This document shows positions 9,238 to 19,041 of a stretch of 64,000 nt of DNA, one piece after another; within the stretch, counting starts at the first letter, position 1; every line of letters starts with the position of its first letter. The DNA lies in NCBI GenBank assembly GCA_964513245.1, contig CAZELO010000008.1, forward strand, positions 1,170 to 65,169, written 5' to 3'. This DNA is from an uncultured Candidatus Bathyarchaeia archaeon (GTDB lineage: Archaea; Thermoproteota; Bathyarchaeia; Bathyarchaeales; DTEX01). The position numbers and the translations under genes are program-made. The notes under the pieces are model-generated. The model was given only the letters and a program-made list of their open reading frames with translations. It had not been told where the DNA came from and searched no databases.

Positions 9238-10701
9238 TTACGGGGACTTCTTGCTTCTTATGAGATTTATCTTCTCAAGCACCATGCTGTTGGCCAGAGA
9301 CGGGTCAGCCTTGCCTTTGGTTTCCCGCATCAGTTTGCCTATGAGGAAGTGTGCGGCTTTTTCGTCGAGAAGTGCGTCTTGAACGGCTTTGGGGTTCTCA
9401 GCGAAGACTCTGTCTATGGTTTTGCTTAGGTATTTGCGGTCGGTTATCTTGACGAGCCCCTTCTCTTCAACGATGCGCCGCGGGTCTTTCCCAGTCAATA
9501 TGATTTCGGGTAGAATGCGCTTTGCGATTTTGCCGCTTATGGTTCCGTCGGCGATTAGGCGGATCATGTCGATGAGTTTTTTGGGCGTTATCTTCGATTC
9601 GTTGAGTTCAAGGTTGTTCTCGTAGAGGTATCGGAGAAGATCGCTCATCATCCAGTTGCCTATCTCTTTAGGCCTGTCGTAGAGCTTCACGCATTCCTCG
9701 AAGAAGTCCGCGTACGCCTTCGAACTTACAAGAACAGACGAATCGTAGCGCGGAAGCCCGTACGCACGCATAAACCGTTTCATGCGGTCCTCAGGCAGCT
9801 CAGGCATCTTCGCCCTGACTTCTTTGATGAATTCGCCGTGAAGCACGATGGGGACAAGGTCGGGCTCAGGAAAATAGCGATAGTCCTGTTCCTCCTCCTT
9901 CGAGCGGAGCGAAACCGTCACGCGGCGTATCTCGTCCCAGTGCCGCGTCTCCCGCTTGACCGCGATGCCCTTTTCGTGCAGTCCTTTCTGGCGCATGATT
10001 TCGAAGTTCAGGGCTCGTTCCACCTCTTTGAACGAGGTTATGTTCTTGACCTCGACCCGCGTGCCGCCTGCCAACGAAATGTTCGCGTCGCAACGCATGG
10101 AACCCTCGAGGCTACCGTCAAAGATGCCTAGATGCTCCAAGGTGGAACGCAGCTTCTGGAGGAAGAACCGGGCTTCCCGCGGCGACCTCAAATCAGGCTC
10201 GGTCACCGTCTCCATCAGCGCTATGCCGGACCGGTTGTAGTCCACAAGCGTGTACGGTGATTGGTCAATCGAGCCCAGATGGACAAGGCGGCCGGGGTCC
10301 TCCTCAAGGTGGACGCGTCCGATGTGTATCTTTTTCTGCCTCCCTCGGTCTTCGATGTAGACATGGCCGTTCACGGCTAGGGGAACACCGCCAGCCCGGT
10401 CATACTGCGTAATCTGGAAGTTTTTGGGTAGGTCCGGATAATAGTAGTTCTTGCGGAAGAAGAACATGCGTTCTGAGATCTTGCAGTCTAGGGCTAGAGC
10501 CGCCATGACAGCGTATTCAACCGCGCGCTTGTTGAGAACTGGAAGCGAGCCTGGAAGCCCTAGGCAGATTGGGCAGACTATAGAGTTGGGTTCTTTTCCC
10601 TTGTAGTCTGAAGGGCAGCTGCAGAAGAGCTTAGTCCTTAGGCTAGTCAGCTGCGTGTGAACTTCAAGCCCGATCTTGATGCCCGTCTCTGCCTCAGACA
10701 T
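9238..10701 (-). CDS. gatB: Asp-tRNA(Asn)/Glu-tRNA(Gln) amidotransferase subunit B
   Basis: IGLEVHTQLTSLRTKLFCSC, RCDANISL and a C-terminal YqeY-like tail. The start was set to ATG 10701 (MSEAETGIKIGLEVH). Confidence 0.9.
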   Translation of the reverse strand: MSEAETGIKIGLEVHTQLTSLRTKLFCSCPSDYKGKEPNSIVCPICLGLPGSLPVLNKRAVEYAVMAALALDCKISERMFFFRKNYYYPDLPKNFQITQYDRAGGVPLAVNGHVYIEDRGRQKKIHIGRVHLEEDPGRLVHLGSIDQSPYTLVDYNRSGIALMETVTEPDLRSPREARFFLQKLRSTLEHLGIFDGSLEGSMRCDANISLAGGTRVEVKNITSFKEVERALNFEIMRQKGLHEKGIAVKRETRHWDEIRRVTVSLRSKEEEQDYRYFPEPDLVPIVLHGEFIKEVRAKMPELPEDRMKRFMRAYGLPRYDSSVLVSSKAYADFFEECVKLYDRPKEIGNWMMSDLLRYLYENNLELNESKITPKKLIDMIRLIADGTISGKIAKRILPEIILTGKDPRRIVEEKGLVKITDRKYLSKTIDRVFAENPKAVQDALLDEKAAHFLIGKLMRETKGKADPSLANSMVLEKINLIRSKKSP

Positions 10702-11021
10702 GTTCAGGATACCGCTTGTGCCGTATGTGAACCTGAAGAATAAGAAGGATTCAACCATATAAAAAGCATCTCGTTACGTCATGTCCGCGTGTTCTCCGCA
10801 CTTGGCGACACAGAGCGCCCAAAGCCCACGCTCATAAGTTTATATGCCAATGCGAGAAGAGAATACGGTGTTCGAAAAAAATTAGTAGAGGAACACGCAT
10901 GAATTGGACGCGGCTGTTGCCGAATTTTCCGTTGCATACTGCGCCTTCGGTTCTTTGGAGCGACATGTAAAGCATCTGCCGCTGGGAAAATGGGGCTTTT
11001 TGAACAGGTGGCGTTGGCGAA

Positions 11022-11771
11022 TTGGCTGTCAGGTTGACTCTTGAGTTCAAGGCGAAGGACGCTGATGGGGCAGTTGAGAAAGGGGACCTAGTCGTCGTCA
11101 TAGATGTTCTGAGGTGTAGCACCAGCATAATCAACGCGCTTGCCAACGGCGCCGAAGCCGTGATACCTGCCGAAACCCTAAAAGAAGCCCACGGCATACG
11201 CAGAAAGCATCCAGAATGCCTGTTGGCGGGCGAACGAGGCGGACTGAAGCCCCGCGGATTCGACTTCGGCAATTCGCCGCTGGAATTCCAAGCGGAAAGA
11301 ATTAAGGGAAAAACATTGGTCTTCACAACCACAAGCGGAACACGGGCTTTGACCCGTTCAAAAACGGCGAAATATGTTTTAGTAGGCGGTCTGCTGAACG
11401 CGGGCGCAGTTGCCTACAAAGCCCTAGAGATCGCTGAAAGCGAAGGACTCGGCATTTCTCTTGTGCTTTCTGGCACTAAGGGACGTTTCTCGCTGGAAGA
11501 CTTCGTCTGTGCAGGAGCCATCGTTGAAAGCATGCCGAAAGAAAGGGTTGACCTTTCCGACGCCGCCTTGGCAGCGCTTGCGGCTCTCAGGCAGATGAGA
11601 GGCAATCTTTGTGAAAACATCATAGCAGGCGAGCATGCACGGAACCTCTTGGACCTAGGCTTCAAAGCAGATGTCGAGTTCTCTTGCCAACTGAACCTGC
11701 TTCCGATTGTGCCGATTTACAGGGACGGCGCCATAAGGCTTCTGAAAGGAGGACTGAGAGTGGTTGACTGA
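11022..11771 (+). CDS. comB: 2-phosphosulfolactate phosphatase family protein
   Basis: VVVIDVLRCSTSIINALANGA ... GFDFGNSPLEF ... TTTSGTRAL matches the ComB family pattern. It uses a TTG start. Confidence 0.75.
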   Translation: MAVRLTLEFKAKDADGAVEKGDLVVVIDVLRCSTSIINALANGAEAVIPAETLKEAHGIRRKHPECLLAGERGGLKPRGFDFGNSPLEFQAERIKGKTLVFTTTSGTRALTRSKTAKYVLVGGLLNAGAVAYKALEIAESEGLGISLVLSGTKGRFSLEDFVCAGAIVESMPKERVDLSDAALAALAALRQMRGNLCENIIAGEHARNLLDLGFKADVEFSCQLNLLPIVPIYRDGAIRLLKGGLRVVD

Positions 11772-11967
11772 ATCCAAAGCTGAAACAGGAGAAGGCGAAA
11801 CGCCTGAGGGAACCGCCGGAGCCTCAAAGACTACTACGTTGCCCTGCGGATGCAAGTACGAGGACCTCGGTTTCCTTCTGGTCAGAATCCACGAATGCGA
11901 GAGGCACAAGAAGAGGCGAACGAGAAAACCGCCCAAACGTGCCAAAGCCGAATGCGTAAGACCGTAA
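11764..11967 (+). CDS. hypothetical small basic protein (doubtful)
   Basis: 67-aa ORF overlapping the comB stop by 8 nt. It has cysteine/histidine pairs (CGC ... HECERH). No family recognised. Confidence 0.2.
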   Translation: MTESKAETGEGETPEGTAGASKTTTLPCGCKYEDLGFLLVRIHECERHKKRRTRKPPKRAKAECVRP

Positions 11968-12000
11968 GAGCCAAAGCAGGAGCCAACGTTTTCTTCCAGT

Positions 12001-13359
12001 TTATATCAGCGGGCGCACAAGATTATTTGGGGTTGTGGAGTAGCCTTTTCTTTTCATTATCATTTCTTGAATTTTATGAACCGTAACTTCACCTTGAATG
12101 TATCGACCTATCATTTCATAGAGGTCTTGTGTTGTAAGAAGGCATATATTGTATTTCTCTGCAAGTTCCAACGCTTCCTTAACGTAAGGGTCTTTTCGTT
12201 GCTCTAAATCTGTATGACAGTAATGATTAACGACAAAAATAGCTTTTATACGAGTTCTTTTAGCAAATTCCCTTTTGTTTATGTAATATTGTAGAAGTTG
12301 TCTTAAATCCGTTAGAGTAGCATGGGCCGCCTTACCTTTAACTTCTACTATAGCCTCATAATCACCTAATGAAATTTCCATGTCCTCAATAGGTTCTTTT
12401 TCCTCTGGAATCTTGACGTTAAAACCTAATTTTTTAAAGGCATATGCTACAGATTTTCGTAATTGATCGCCTTGTGTGAATAATAATTGTTCTAATTCTG
12501 TGTAATCATCTATTTCATTTTTTAAGTGATCCATCTGTTCTATTCTCTCTCTTTTTAAGGCATATTCATATCTAGTAACCCAATCAGGTCGAACTATGGA
12601 TTTTTTTTCATGCGCTTTAATATGGAATTTTTCAACTATGACTCGCTCAATAATTACTTTTATCGCATATCTTACATTAGAAAATCTTGGTAAGAGGACA
12701 AGTTCACCCTTCTTTATTGGAATTTTTATACTAATCGGATGATCTGCTCGATTCGTTAACATAACTAAACTGTCTTTTGGTAATCCTTTATCCTCGAAAT
12801 GGCAAGTCCAACTAATGTTTTTCTCTACAAACGCATCAAAAAGTTTCTTGTATTCACCAAGATTAGATTCTACTATTGTTTCGCCTTCCTCGTCAATAGG
12901 TCCTAATGATATAGGACACCAAGCGTAAGAGCTCGGCGATTTATATGTGTCAATTTGTTTTTTATTATTCCATTTGTTCCAAGCGTAATGTTCTTTTCCA
13001 TGTAAAGAGTAGTTGTATCTTGACCATTCTATTTCTTTATCACAAAAACAAATAAATAAGCCACCTGAAGAAATCTGTTCATCAATCAAGCTCCTAGCTT
13101 TTTCAATAGAATCTGAAAATTCAACTTCATCTGCTAATTCAACTGTTTCCTTTGTATTGATACGTTTAAGGTTTTTTATGATTTGATTATATTCTTCATT
13201 AATGGCTTTAACATCTATAATAATTACATGGTAATCATGCAGGATAGGTTTTTTAGTGGTTTCATTCCATTTTCGCATCTCAATGGTTAGGTCTAGCTTT
13301 TCATCGATGATAGGGATGTTTTCCTCAGGAATTCCGAGAATAAGAACTTTGGTCACCAT
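12001..13359 (-). CDS. orphan 452-aa protein with C-terminal PD-(D/E)xK (restriction-endonuclease-like) domain
   Basis: Long ORF in a markedly AT-rich patch. The C-terminal region IEDMEISLGDYEAIVEVKGK (nt 12331-12395) gives a D...E-x-K motif, followed by AIFVVNHY. The N-terminal roughly 300 aa is unrecognised. Confidence 0.7.
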   Translation of the reverse strand: MVTKVLILGIPEENIPIIDEKLDLTIEMRKWNETTKKPILHDYHVIIIDVKAINEEYNQIIKNLKRINTKETVELADEVEFSDSIEKARSLIDEQISSGGLFICFCDKEIEWSRYNYSLHGKEHYAWNKWNNKKQIDTYKSPSSYAWCPISLGPIDEEGETIVESNLGEYKKLFDAFVEKNISWTCHFEDKGLPKDSLVMLTNRADHPISIKIPIKKGELVLLPRFSNVRYAIKVIIERVIVEKFHIKAHEKKSIVRPDWVTRYEYALKRERIEQMDHLKNEIDDYTELEQLLFTQGDQLRKSVAYAFKKLGFNVKIPEEKEPIEDMEISLGDYEAIVEVKGKAAHATLTDLRQLLQYYINKREFAKRTRIKAIFVVNHYCHTDLEQRKDPYVKEALELAEKYNICLLTTQDLYEMIGRYIQGEVTVHKIQEMIMKRKGYSTTPNNLVRPLI

Positions 13360-13486
13360 GTTCTCAAAAATATAAATGACTCTTCTTCCTTTTATTTATA
13401 ATGAGAGCCGAACTTGGAACATGAAACGTAAGTTCATTAAATGAAGTATGATGAATCTATTTAGGCGTTTTTGAATCCTTTTTCCT

Positions 13487-13579
13487 TTAGCAATTTTTTT
13501 GTAGACATTTGAGCCGTTTAGCGGTCGCTTTGATTGTTGTTTCTTCGTAGGCTTCTTTTTTCATCCATATCATCAGGTT
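13487..13579 (-). pseudogene. possible remnant of a tyrosine-recombinase N-terminal (SAM-like) domain
   Basis: LMIWMKKEAYEETTIKATAKRLKCLQKN resembles the start of archaeal integrases and is then terminated. It is very short, so this is weak. Confidence 0.2.
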
Positions 13580-13697
13580 TATAATAGTGGGGAAGACACT
13601 GTAGAGGGGGATATGAGGCAGCCGTCCCAGACGGACCTTAGATGGAATGAAGAGAAAGCGACTGGCTGATCCCCTAACTTGTTGTCCGATGCAGATT

Positions 13698-14783
13698 TTA
13701 CGCCTGCCCATACCAAGTCTTTGCTACCGCAGGGTTCGAGCTTAGCCGTTTCAGCGTTCTTAATGCGATGAGGGTTATCCATTTGCTTGGTTTTCCCCTT
13801 GCCTCTATGTTGGTATGCATCCTTCCCGTGGGCGTGCTTTCCAGCGACCATGTTCCGTCTTTCAAGCGTTTCTGTAGCAGCACCTCTACAGCGTCGCTTA
13901 GCCGTTCGTCAGCCACGTAGCCGAGCCGCGTGAGCACATCCAAGCCCCTCAGTACGTTGTACCCAGCGAACCACGGGAAACCCAGCCTCAGCCAAAACCG
14001 ATTAATCACCGCGTAGCCATGGTGATCAGCCTTGAACAGGCGATGCATAAGCAGGAACTCCGCCGCCCTCTCTATGGTCTGCCTCATCTCGCCCGTGGCA
14101 TCTTCCAGCCTTGTCTCGGAGAAAGCCTCCAAAGCACATATGCTGCCATAGAAGCAGCTGTGCCTGTCTCGGATGTGGGCTTTCCAGTAGGGGCAGAGCC
14201 AGCCGCCGTCCACGTTCTGAACCTTGACAAGCCACTGCGCAGCCCTTTGCACCCTCGGGTCGTCGCCGTAGCCAAGCCTGTTCAAAGCGGCAACCATGTT
14301 GCCCGTCAAGCAGGAAACCTGTCCCTCGTGAAGCCGGCTGGGCAGCCAATCCTCAAATGGCGGCAGATTCCTTCCCTTCTTCAGATGCCCGTCGTATTTT
14401 TTCGCGGCTGTCTCTTCGGTCTCGTAAGAGAAGCCGCCTTCTTCATGCTGAAAACGGAAGATGTACTCGCACGCCTTTTCCACCCGGGGCTCACTTCTGT
14501 CAACGCCCAGTAGGCCTAGAATCATCAGCTGCCAATAGGAAGCCTTGTACTTCGGCAAGTAGGGGTTCATCGGCTGTTCCCAGTAGCCCTCCGGCTTCTG
14601 GTTCCGCAGGATCGTCTGCACAATAGGCGAGTCCCGGATTGCCCGTTTCGCAGCCACGACTTGGCTGTCAGATTCGTCTCTGCCAAGGATATCGCGCAAC
14701 GTAAAATAGCGGACGGAAGGGTTAGTCGCCTCGAGAAGCCAGTCAATGGGGCTCTCTTTCAAGACGAGCTGCCAGTCGAACAT
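13698..14783 (-). CDS. prenyltransferase/squalene-cyclase-like alpha/alpha-toroid repeat protein
   Basis: Repeated QxxxGGW/F-type motifs (QHEEGGFSY, VQNVDGGWLCPYW, LKDGTWS). The start is uncertain. ATG 14783 is preferred over 14858, which would leave only 11 nt to the divergent pfpI start. Confidence 0.65.
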   Translation of the reverse strand: MFDWQLVLKESPIDWLLEATNPSVRYFTLRDILGRDESDSQVVAAKRAIRDSPIVQTILRNQKPEGYWEQPMNPYLPKYKASYWQLMILGLLGVDRSEPRVEKACEYIFRFQHEEGGFSYETEETAAKKYDGHLKKGRNLPPFEDWLPSRLHEGQVSCLTGNMVAALNRLGYGDDPRVQRAAQWLVKVQNVDGGWLCPYWKAHIRDRHSCFYGSICALEAFSETRLEDATGEMRQTIERAAEFLLMHRLFKADHHGYAVINRFWLRLGFPWFAGYNVLRGLDVLTRLGYVADERLSDAVEVLLQKRLKDGTWSLESTPTGRMHTNIEARGKPSKWITLIALRTLKRLSSNPAVAKTWYGQA

Positions 14784-14869
14784 GCCTTTTTTCGCCTTTT
14801 TCTGCCTAGATGGATTGTGGTCGAAACCCTTAAATAACTTGCCGGCGTTGCCGATCATGTGAGCGAATT

Positions 14870-15379
14870 ATGGCTAAGGCAATACTTCTAGTCGACAATG
14901 GCTTTCAGGAGGCGGAGCTCCTTTATCCCTACTACCGTTTCCAAGAAGCCGGATACCAAGTGGACGTCGTCGGACCAAAGATGAAGGAAACCTACACGGG
15001 CGAGTACGGCTACCACATAAGGTCAGACTTGGCGCCTGAAGAAGTCAAAGTCGAAGAATACGAAGCAGTGATCATCCCCGGCGGACGCGCACCCGACCGC
15101 ATGAGAACAAAAAAAGCCATGGTCAACATAGTCAAAGAAGCCCACGCCAAAGGCAAGGTCATAGCAGCGATCTGCCACGGTCCCCAGATGCTTATAGAAG
15201 CCGACGTTGTCAGAGGAAAAAGAGTTACAAGCTACGTCGCCGTGTCCACGGACCTGAAGAACGCCGGCGCAATCTACGAAGACAAACCCGTGGTTGTCGA
15301 TGGCAACCTCGTGACATCCCGTCACCCCGCCGATCTACCCGTCTTCTGCAAAGAAGCCCTAAAACTCCTGAAAAAATAG
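14870..15379 (+). CDS. pfpI: DJ-1/PfpI family intracellular protease/deglycase
   Basis: EYEAVIIPGGRAP ... AAICHGPQML nucleophile elbow, 169 aa. Confidence 0.9.
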   Translation: MAKAILLVDNGFQEAELLYPYYRFQEAGYQVDVVGPKMKETYTGEYGYHIRSDLAPEEVKVEEYEAVIIPGGRAPDRMRTKKAMVNIVKEAHAKGKVIAAICHGPQMLIEADVVRGKRVTSYVAVSTDLKNAGAIYEDKPVVVDGNLVTSRHPADLPVFCKEALKLLKK

Positions 15380-15493
15380 GCTCCTAATTCGGCTGAGGTT
15401 CCCTGCGTACTTGTGGAGCCCCATCTTTGAAGTACTTCTGAGCCTTTTTTGAAGGCGAACCGTGTTCTATATGCACATATGCAATTGTAAATC

Positions 15494-17140
15494 TCAAATC
15501 TTCAGATGTTGATCTTCTTTTCCAGCTGCTCCCCAGAACCGCTCAACAATCGTGCCTAGACCTTCAGCTTTTCTCTCAGCGAGCCACAGCTCGGCGTAAA
15601 GGTTGGACAGCCTGATGTAGTCAGAAACCTTTGCATCTCCATCGAGACACTTCAAGCCGACCGCCAGCAGCTGACGTATGAAGTCCAGATCCTCAGGCAG
15701 GCGTGTGTGGTCAGTTTCGGTTAAGACTTTTTGCCAGAGACCCCTTAGTTCATCTTTTTTCTCAGCGGTCATCCTGTAGAACGTGTAGTCCCTGAAGACC
15801 ACGTGCTTCAGTTCCTTCGAGATGTCAGGGTTCCCGAAAAGTACTCGCGCCCTCAGAACGGCGTCGTCTTCTCCGCTTATGGCAACCCATTTTTCCTGCC
15901 ATCTGCCTTCGGCCTCAGCGAACTCCATGGCTGCCAGAAGCAGGGGGTCCAGAAGCGAGAATAGGCATTCTCCTCCGTCGTCGCTCCAAGCCGTGACCAA
16001 GAAGCCGTCTATGCCCTCGCTTTTTGCCGCGGCGAAGAAGTTTTTGAGGTTTTCCGTTGCCATTTGAAAGTTCGGGTAATACTTGTAAGGGTTGGACAGG
16101 CTGGGGCACGCTATCTGCTCTATGCCTCTCTCTTTGAATATCCTTATCTTTTCCTCGAAGTGTTCCTTCGGGCTCGCAGCATAATCCCAATTGGCTACAA
16201 GCACCTCTTTCCAGACGTCGCTTTGGATCGCCTCTGCCCACTTCGCGCTGTCTCCTGTGAGGTACATGCCTGAGATCATGTCGCCCCAGAGGATGGGCTT
16301 CTTGCCGCTTTGCTTCACGATCTCGATCATTCTTCTATGGTGCGCCTCATAGAGCGCGGGTCCCTCAAACCGCCATGTCTTGTTTAGGCTCTTGCCCCTT
16401 CCCAAAGACCATGTCTCGTCGCCTCCTATGTGCACGTATTCCGACGGGAAGAACTCTACGGCTTCTTTGAGCAGGTCATAGGCGAAGGCTCTGGCATCAT
16501 CGTTGCTCAGGTCCAAACAGCCCTCCGCTGGGAGCCGCCATTCGCTGAAGCGCCGGTACTCAGGCAACGACAGGATATGCTCCATGTGACCGCATAACTC
16601 AAGCGACGGAAAAACCTCCACCCCGAGGTGCTTGCCATAGGCTATCACTTGGTTGAGTTCATCTTCGCTCAGCCTGCCCCTGTGCACACCTATTTGTGGA
16701 TGTTCCCTCCACGGGAAGAGATCCTCAAGGTAGATCGCGAAATAGTTGTATTTCAGCAGGAAGAGCCACCTCAGAAGCCTCTTGAACGTCTCAACCGTTG
16801 GAACGGCGCCCCGAGCAATGTCTAAGTGGTAGCCTCTGAACTTGAACCCGAATGACTCAGTGACGGTCGCCTCTGGCAGCTGCCCTTCGCTTTGCCTGAT
16901 CAGCTGCAGGATGGTTGCGTAGCCTATCGACGTGTCGCCCCACATGACGACTTCTCTGTCTTTGATTTGGATGCCGGTGCCCTCTCCGTCCACCTTGACT
17001 ATTCTCCAGTCTCCATTCGGAACGTTGAACTCGCACGCAAGAAACTCGGGAAAATTGTCGAAGCCGCTGAACTTGAACCATTCGCCAGTGAAACTTAGGC
17101 TCTTCGGCTCAGGCACAACAAACACAGATTTCGCTCTCAT
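15494..17140 (-). CDS. glycoside hydrolase family 20-like (beta-N-acetylhexosaminidase-like)
   Basis: FRGYHLDIARG, a block of the PEID.PGH type (PSLELCGHMEH) and the HIGGDE catalytic motif. Confidence 0.7.
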   Translation of the reverse strand: MRAKSVFVVPEPKSLSFTGEWFKFSGFDNFPEFLACEFNVPNGDWRIVKVDGEGTGIQIKDREVVMWGDTSIGYATILQLIRQSEGQLPEATVTESFGFKFRGYHLDIARGAVPTVETFKRLLRWLFLLKYNYFAIYLEDLFPWREHPQIGVHRGRLSEDELNQVIAYGKHLGVEVFPSLELCGHMEHILSLPEYRRFSEWRLPAEGCLDLSNDDARAFAYDLLKEAVEFFPSEYVHIGGDETWSLGRGKSLNKTWRFEGPALYEAHHRRMIEIVKQSGKKPILWGDMISGMYLTGDSAKWAEAIQSDVWKEVLVANWDYAASPKEHFEEKIRIFKERGIEQIACPSLSNPYKYYPNFQMATENLKNFFAAAKSEGIDGFLVTAWSDDGGECLFSLLDPLLLAAMEFAEAEGRWQEKWVAISGEDDAVLRARVLFGNPDISKELKHVVFRDYTFYRMTAEKKDELRGLWQKVLTETDHTRLPEDLDFIRQLLAVGLKCLDGDAKVSDYIRLSNLYAELWLAERKAEGLGTIVERFWGAAGKEDQHLKI

Positions 17141-17279
17141 GTACTCAAATTCTGTCTGTTCATGCTTAAGTTTTTAACCCTTGCAGCCAAATTCGATTTC
17201 AAGGAGCTGAGGAAGGCTTGGCGAAGTCGAAGGCACGGGCCTATGACCACTTCTACTCCATGCCCAATGTCACCAGCAT

Positions 17280-17825
17280 TTACATATTTGGACTTTGGAT
17301 CATGTCACTGTAGGAGCCTGTGAGCAGATCTCCGCTGTTGATGGCGAGCATCTTCATAAGTCTCTCCAGTGCTTCCCGATCTTTGTGTCTCGCCTCGGGG
17401 TCTTGCTCCGTCTTTCTCTCGAACTCGATGAATGTGCCTAGACCTCTGACTCTGTCTAGGTGGATCTGGGTTCCTTCGTAGAGGTAGATCTCCCTCGTTT
17501 TGGCTATCACCATCTTTTTGCCGAGTATCTTTTCAAAGAGCTTCTTGAAGGCGGCGGGCCTCTGAAGTTCAAGCAGAAATACGTTGCTGCTTTTCAAGGA
17601 TGGGATGTCTTCTCTCTCGTAATAGATCAGCAGCGCCCTGTCTTCGCCCTGAACCGTCCTTAGCTTTAGCCTACCTTTGGGAACAACGAAGTAGACATCT
17701 TTTTGCTTGAAGGTTCCAACGTGGCGGGCTCTTATCGCTTTAAGCTTCTTTCGGGCAAAATCGAGCGATTCAACCTTAGCCTTGAGCTCTACAAGCTCGT
17801 GCTCTGAGCAGTCTGGTGGCTCCAA
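17280..17825 (-). CDS. CYTH domain protein / class IV adenylate cyclase (CyaB-like)
   Basis: ELVELKAKV ... QKDVYF ... LKLRTV ... LIYYERED is a typical CYTH beta-barrel pattern, 181 aa. Confidence 0.8.
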   Translation of the reverse strand: MEPPDCSEHELVELKAKVESLDFARKKLKAIRARHVGTFKQKDVYFVVPKGRLKLRTVQGEDRALLIYYEREDIPSLKSSNVFLLELQRPAAFKKLFEKILGKKMVIAKTREIYLYEGTQIHLDRVRGLGTFIEFERKTEQDPEARHKDREALERLMKMLAINSGDLLTGSYSDMIQSPNM

Positions 17826-17846
17826 TTTGGAATCAACCTTGCAGAT

Positions 17847-18251
17847 CTATGTGCTACGCATCTTTAAGCGTTCAACCATGATACATGCGCCGTAGACGAC
17901 CTTTATGCCGTTCGCCTTGCAGAACCGGACCGCCTCCTCGGACTCTGAGCCCGGCTGCATCCAGACCGTGTTGATGGCTAAGGCCTTGCAGGTTTTGACG
18001 ATCTCTTCTGTGACTTTGGGCTGGACCACAAGATTAACGACATCCGGCTTCACTGGCAGAGACCTGAGATCCGCATAGCATCTGTCACCCAAGACTTCAG
18101 TAGCGTTGGGGTTGACCGGATAGACTCTGTATCCCGCCTCTTTCAGATTCCTATAGACTTTGTGACCGTACTTTTCTGGGTTTTGGCTCGCCCCAACAAC
18201 AGCAATAACGTTCCGCCTATCAAGCAACTCCTCGATAATTTCCGGTCTCAT
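17847..18251 (-). CDS. CoA-binding domain protein (YccU/YneT-like)
   Basis: NVIAVVGASQNPEKYGHKVYRNLKEAGYRVYPVNPN. The start was trimmed to ATG 18251 to avoid overlap with the upstream gene. Confidence 0.8.
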   Translation of the reverse strand: MRPEIIEELLDRRNVIAVVGASQNPEKYGHKVYRNLKEAGYRVYPVNPNATEVLGDRCYADLRSLPVKPDVVNLVVQPKVTEEIVKTCKALAINTVWMQPGSESEEAVRFCKANGIKVVYGACIMVERLKMRST

Positions 18252-18298
18252 ACTCTCACTTCCTGTTTTATCGGACACAATGGGTTGTACATGGCTTT

Positions 18299-18898
18299 CT
18301 ACACCTTTTCTGAAAGCGCCAAGTCCAGAAGGGAACGTATGAGCAGAGACGCTCCCGCAACAATGATAAGCATTGCCCAGAAGGCAAACCAGCCTATAGC
18401 CTGGGTCTTCAATAAGCTTGCGACGTACCCCGTGCTCATCCAAGAGACTATGTCTGAGAAGGTTCCGGTCTTCTGGCGGACAGGCGACCTGGCGGCGAAT
18501 CTCAGGATTAGGACGGCTATCTGGGCGGAGCCGTAGAGGAAACAGAACGTTTCGAAAGCCCCGTAGACAATGGGGTGGTTGGAGGCTGGCTTCGGCAGAA
18601 GAATGCTGGGCTGCTCCGATACCTCGACGAGGCTGAAGTCAAGGATGAAGGCTTGCACGGCATCATACATGTTTGGAACGCTGAGGTAGACGATGCCCAA
18701 CAAGAGAAAGAAGAGCCCTGCAGATACAAGCCCAAAAGCGTCAGACTCCTTCCTTTTCCTTCTTTCGCGGACATGGCTTACAGCAGGCTCTGAAGTCACG
18801 AGCGATGCACCGCATTTAGGGCAAAACTTGGAGGTCGGGCTCAATTTTTCGCCGCATTTTGAGCAGAAAGATAAATGGTTTTCTTCCTTGTTCTCCAT
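18299..18898 (-). CDS. zinc-ribbon membrane protein
   Basis: N-terminal double CxxC ribbon (FCSKCGEKLSPTSKFCPKCGASL) followed by four hydrophobic segments. Confidence 0.6.
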   Translation of the reverse strand: MENKEENHLSFCSKCGEKLSPTSKFCPKCGASLVTSEPAVSHVRERRKRKESDAFGLVSAGLFFLLLGIVYLSVPNMYDAVQAFILDFSLVEVSEQPSILLPKPASNHPIVYGAFETFCFLYGSAQIAVLILRFAARSPVRQKTGTFSDIVSWMSTGYVASLLKTQAIGWFAFWAMLIIVAGASLLIRSLLDLALSEKV

Positions 18899-19041
18899 GG
18901 CTCTCACCGCTCCATGCAAGCAGCTGCCAGATTATGTTAATTCATAGCGTTCCTGCCTATTTAAATGGTGGTGCGGGTTTCAGGTTCAGGGGAAGTTTTA
19001 AGAATCCGCTCGGGGCATATGGGTTAACTGAGGAAACTCTA

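Noticed and set aside
10832-11332. 166-aa minus-strand ORF across the gatB/comB intergenic region and the comB 5' end.
   Set aside because: It is antisense to the well-supported comB and has low-complexity composition.
13579-13851. 90-aa minus-strand ORF overlapping the 3' end of the prenyltransferase-like gene.
   Set aside because: It is an alternative frame of a supported gene and has no motifs.
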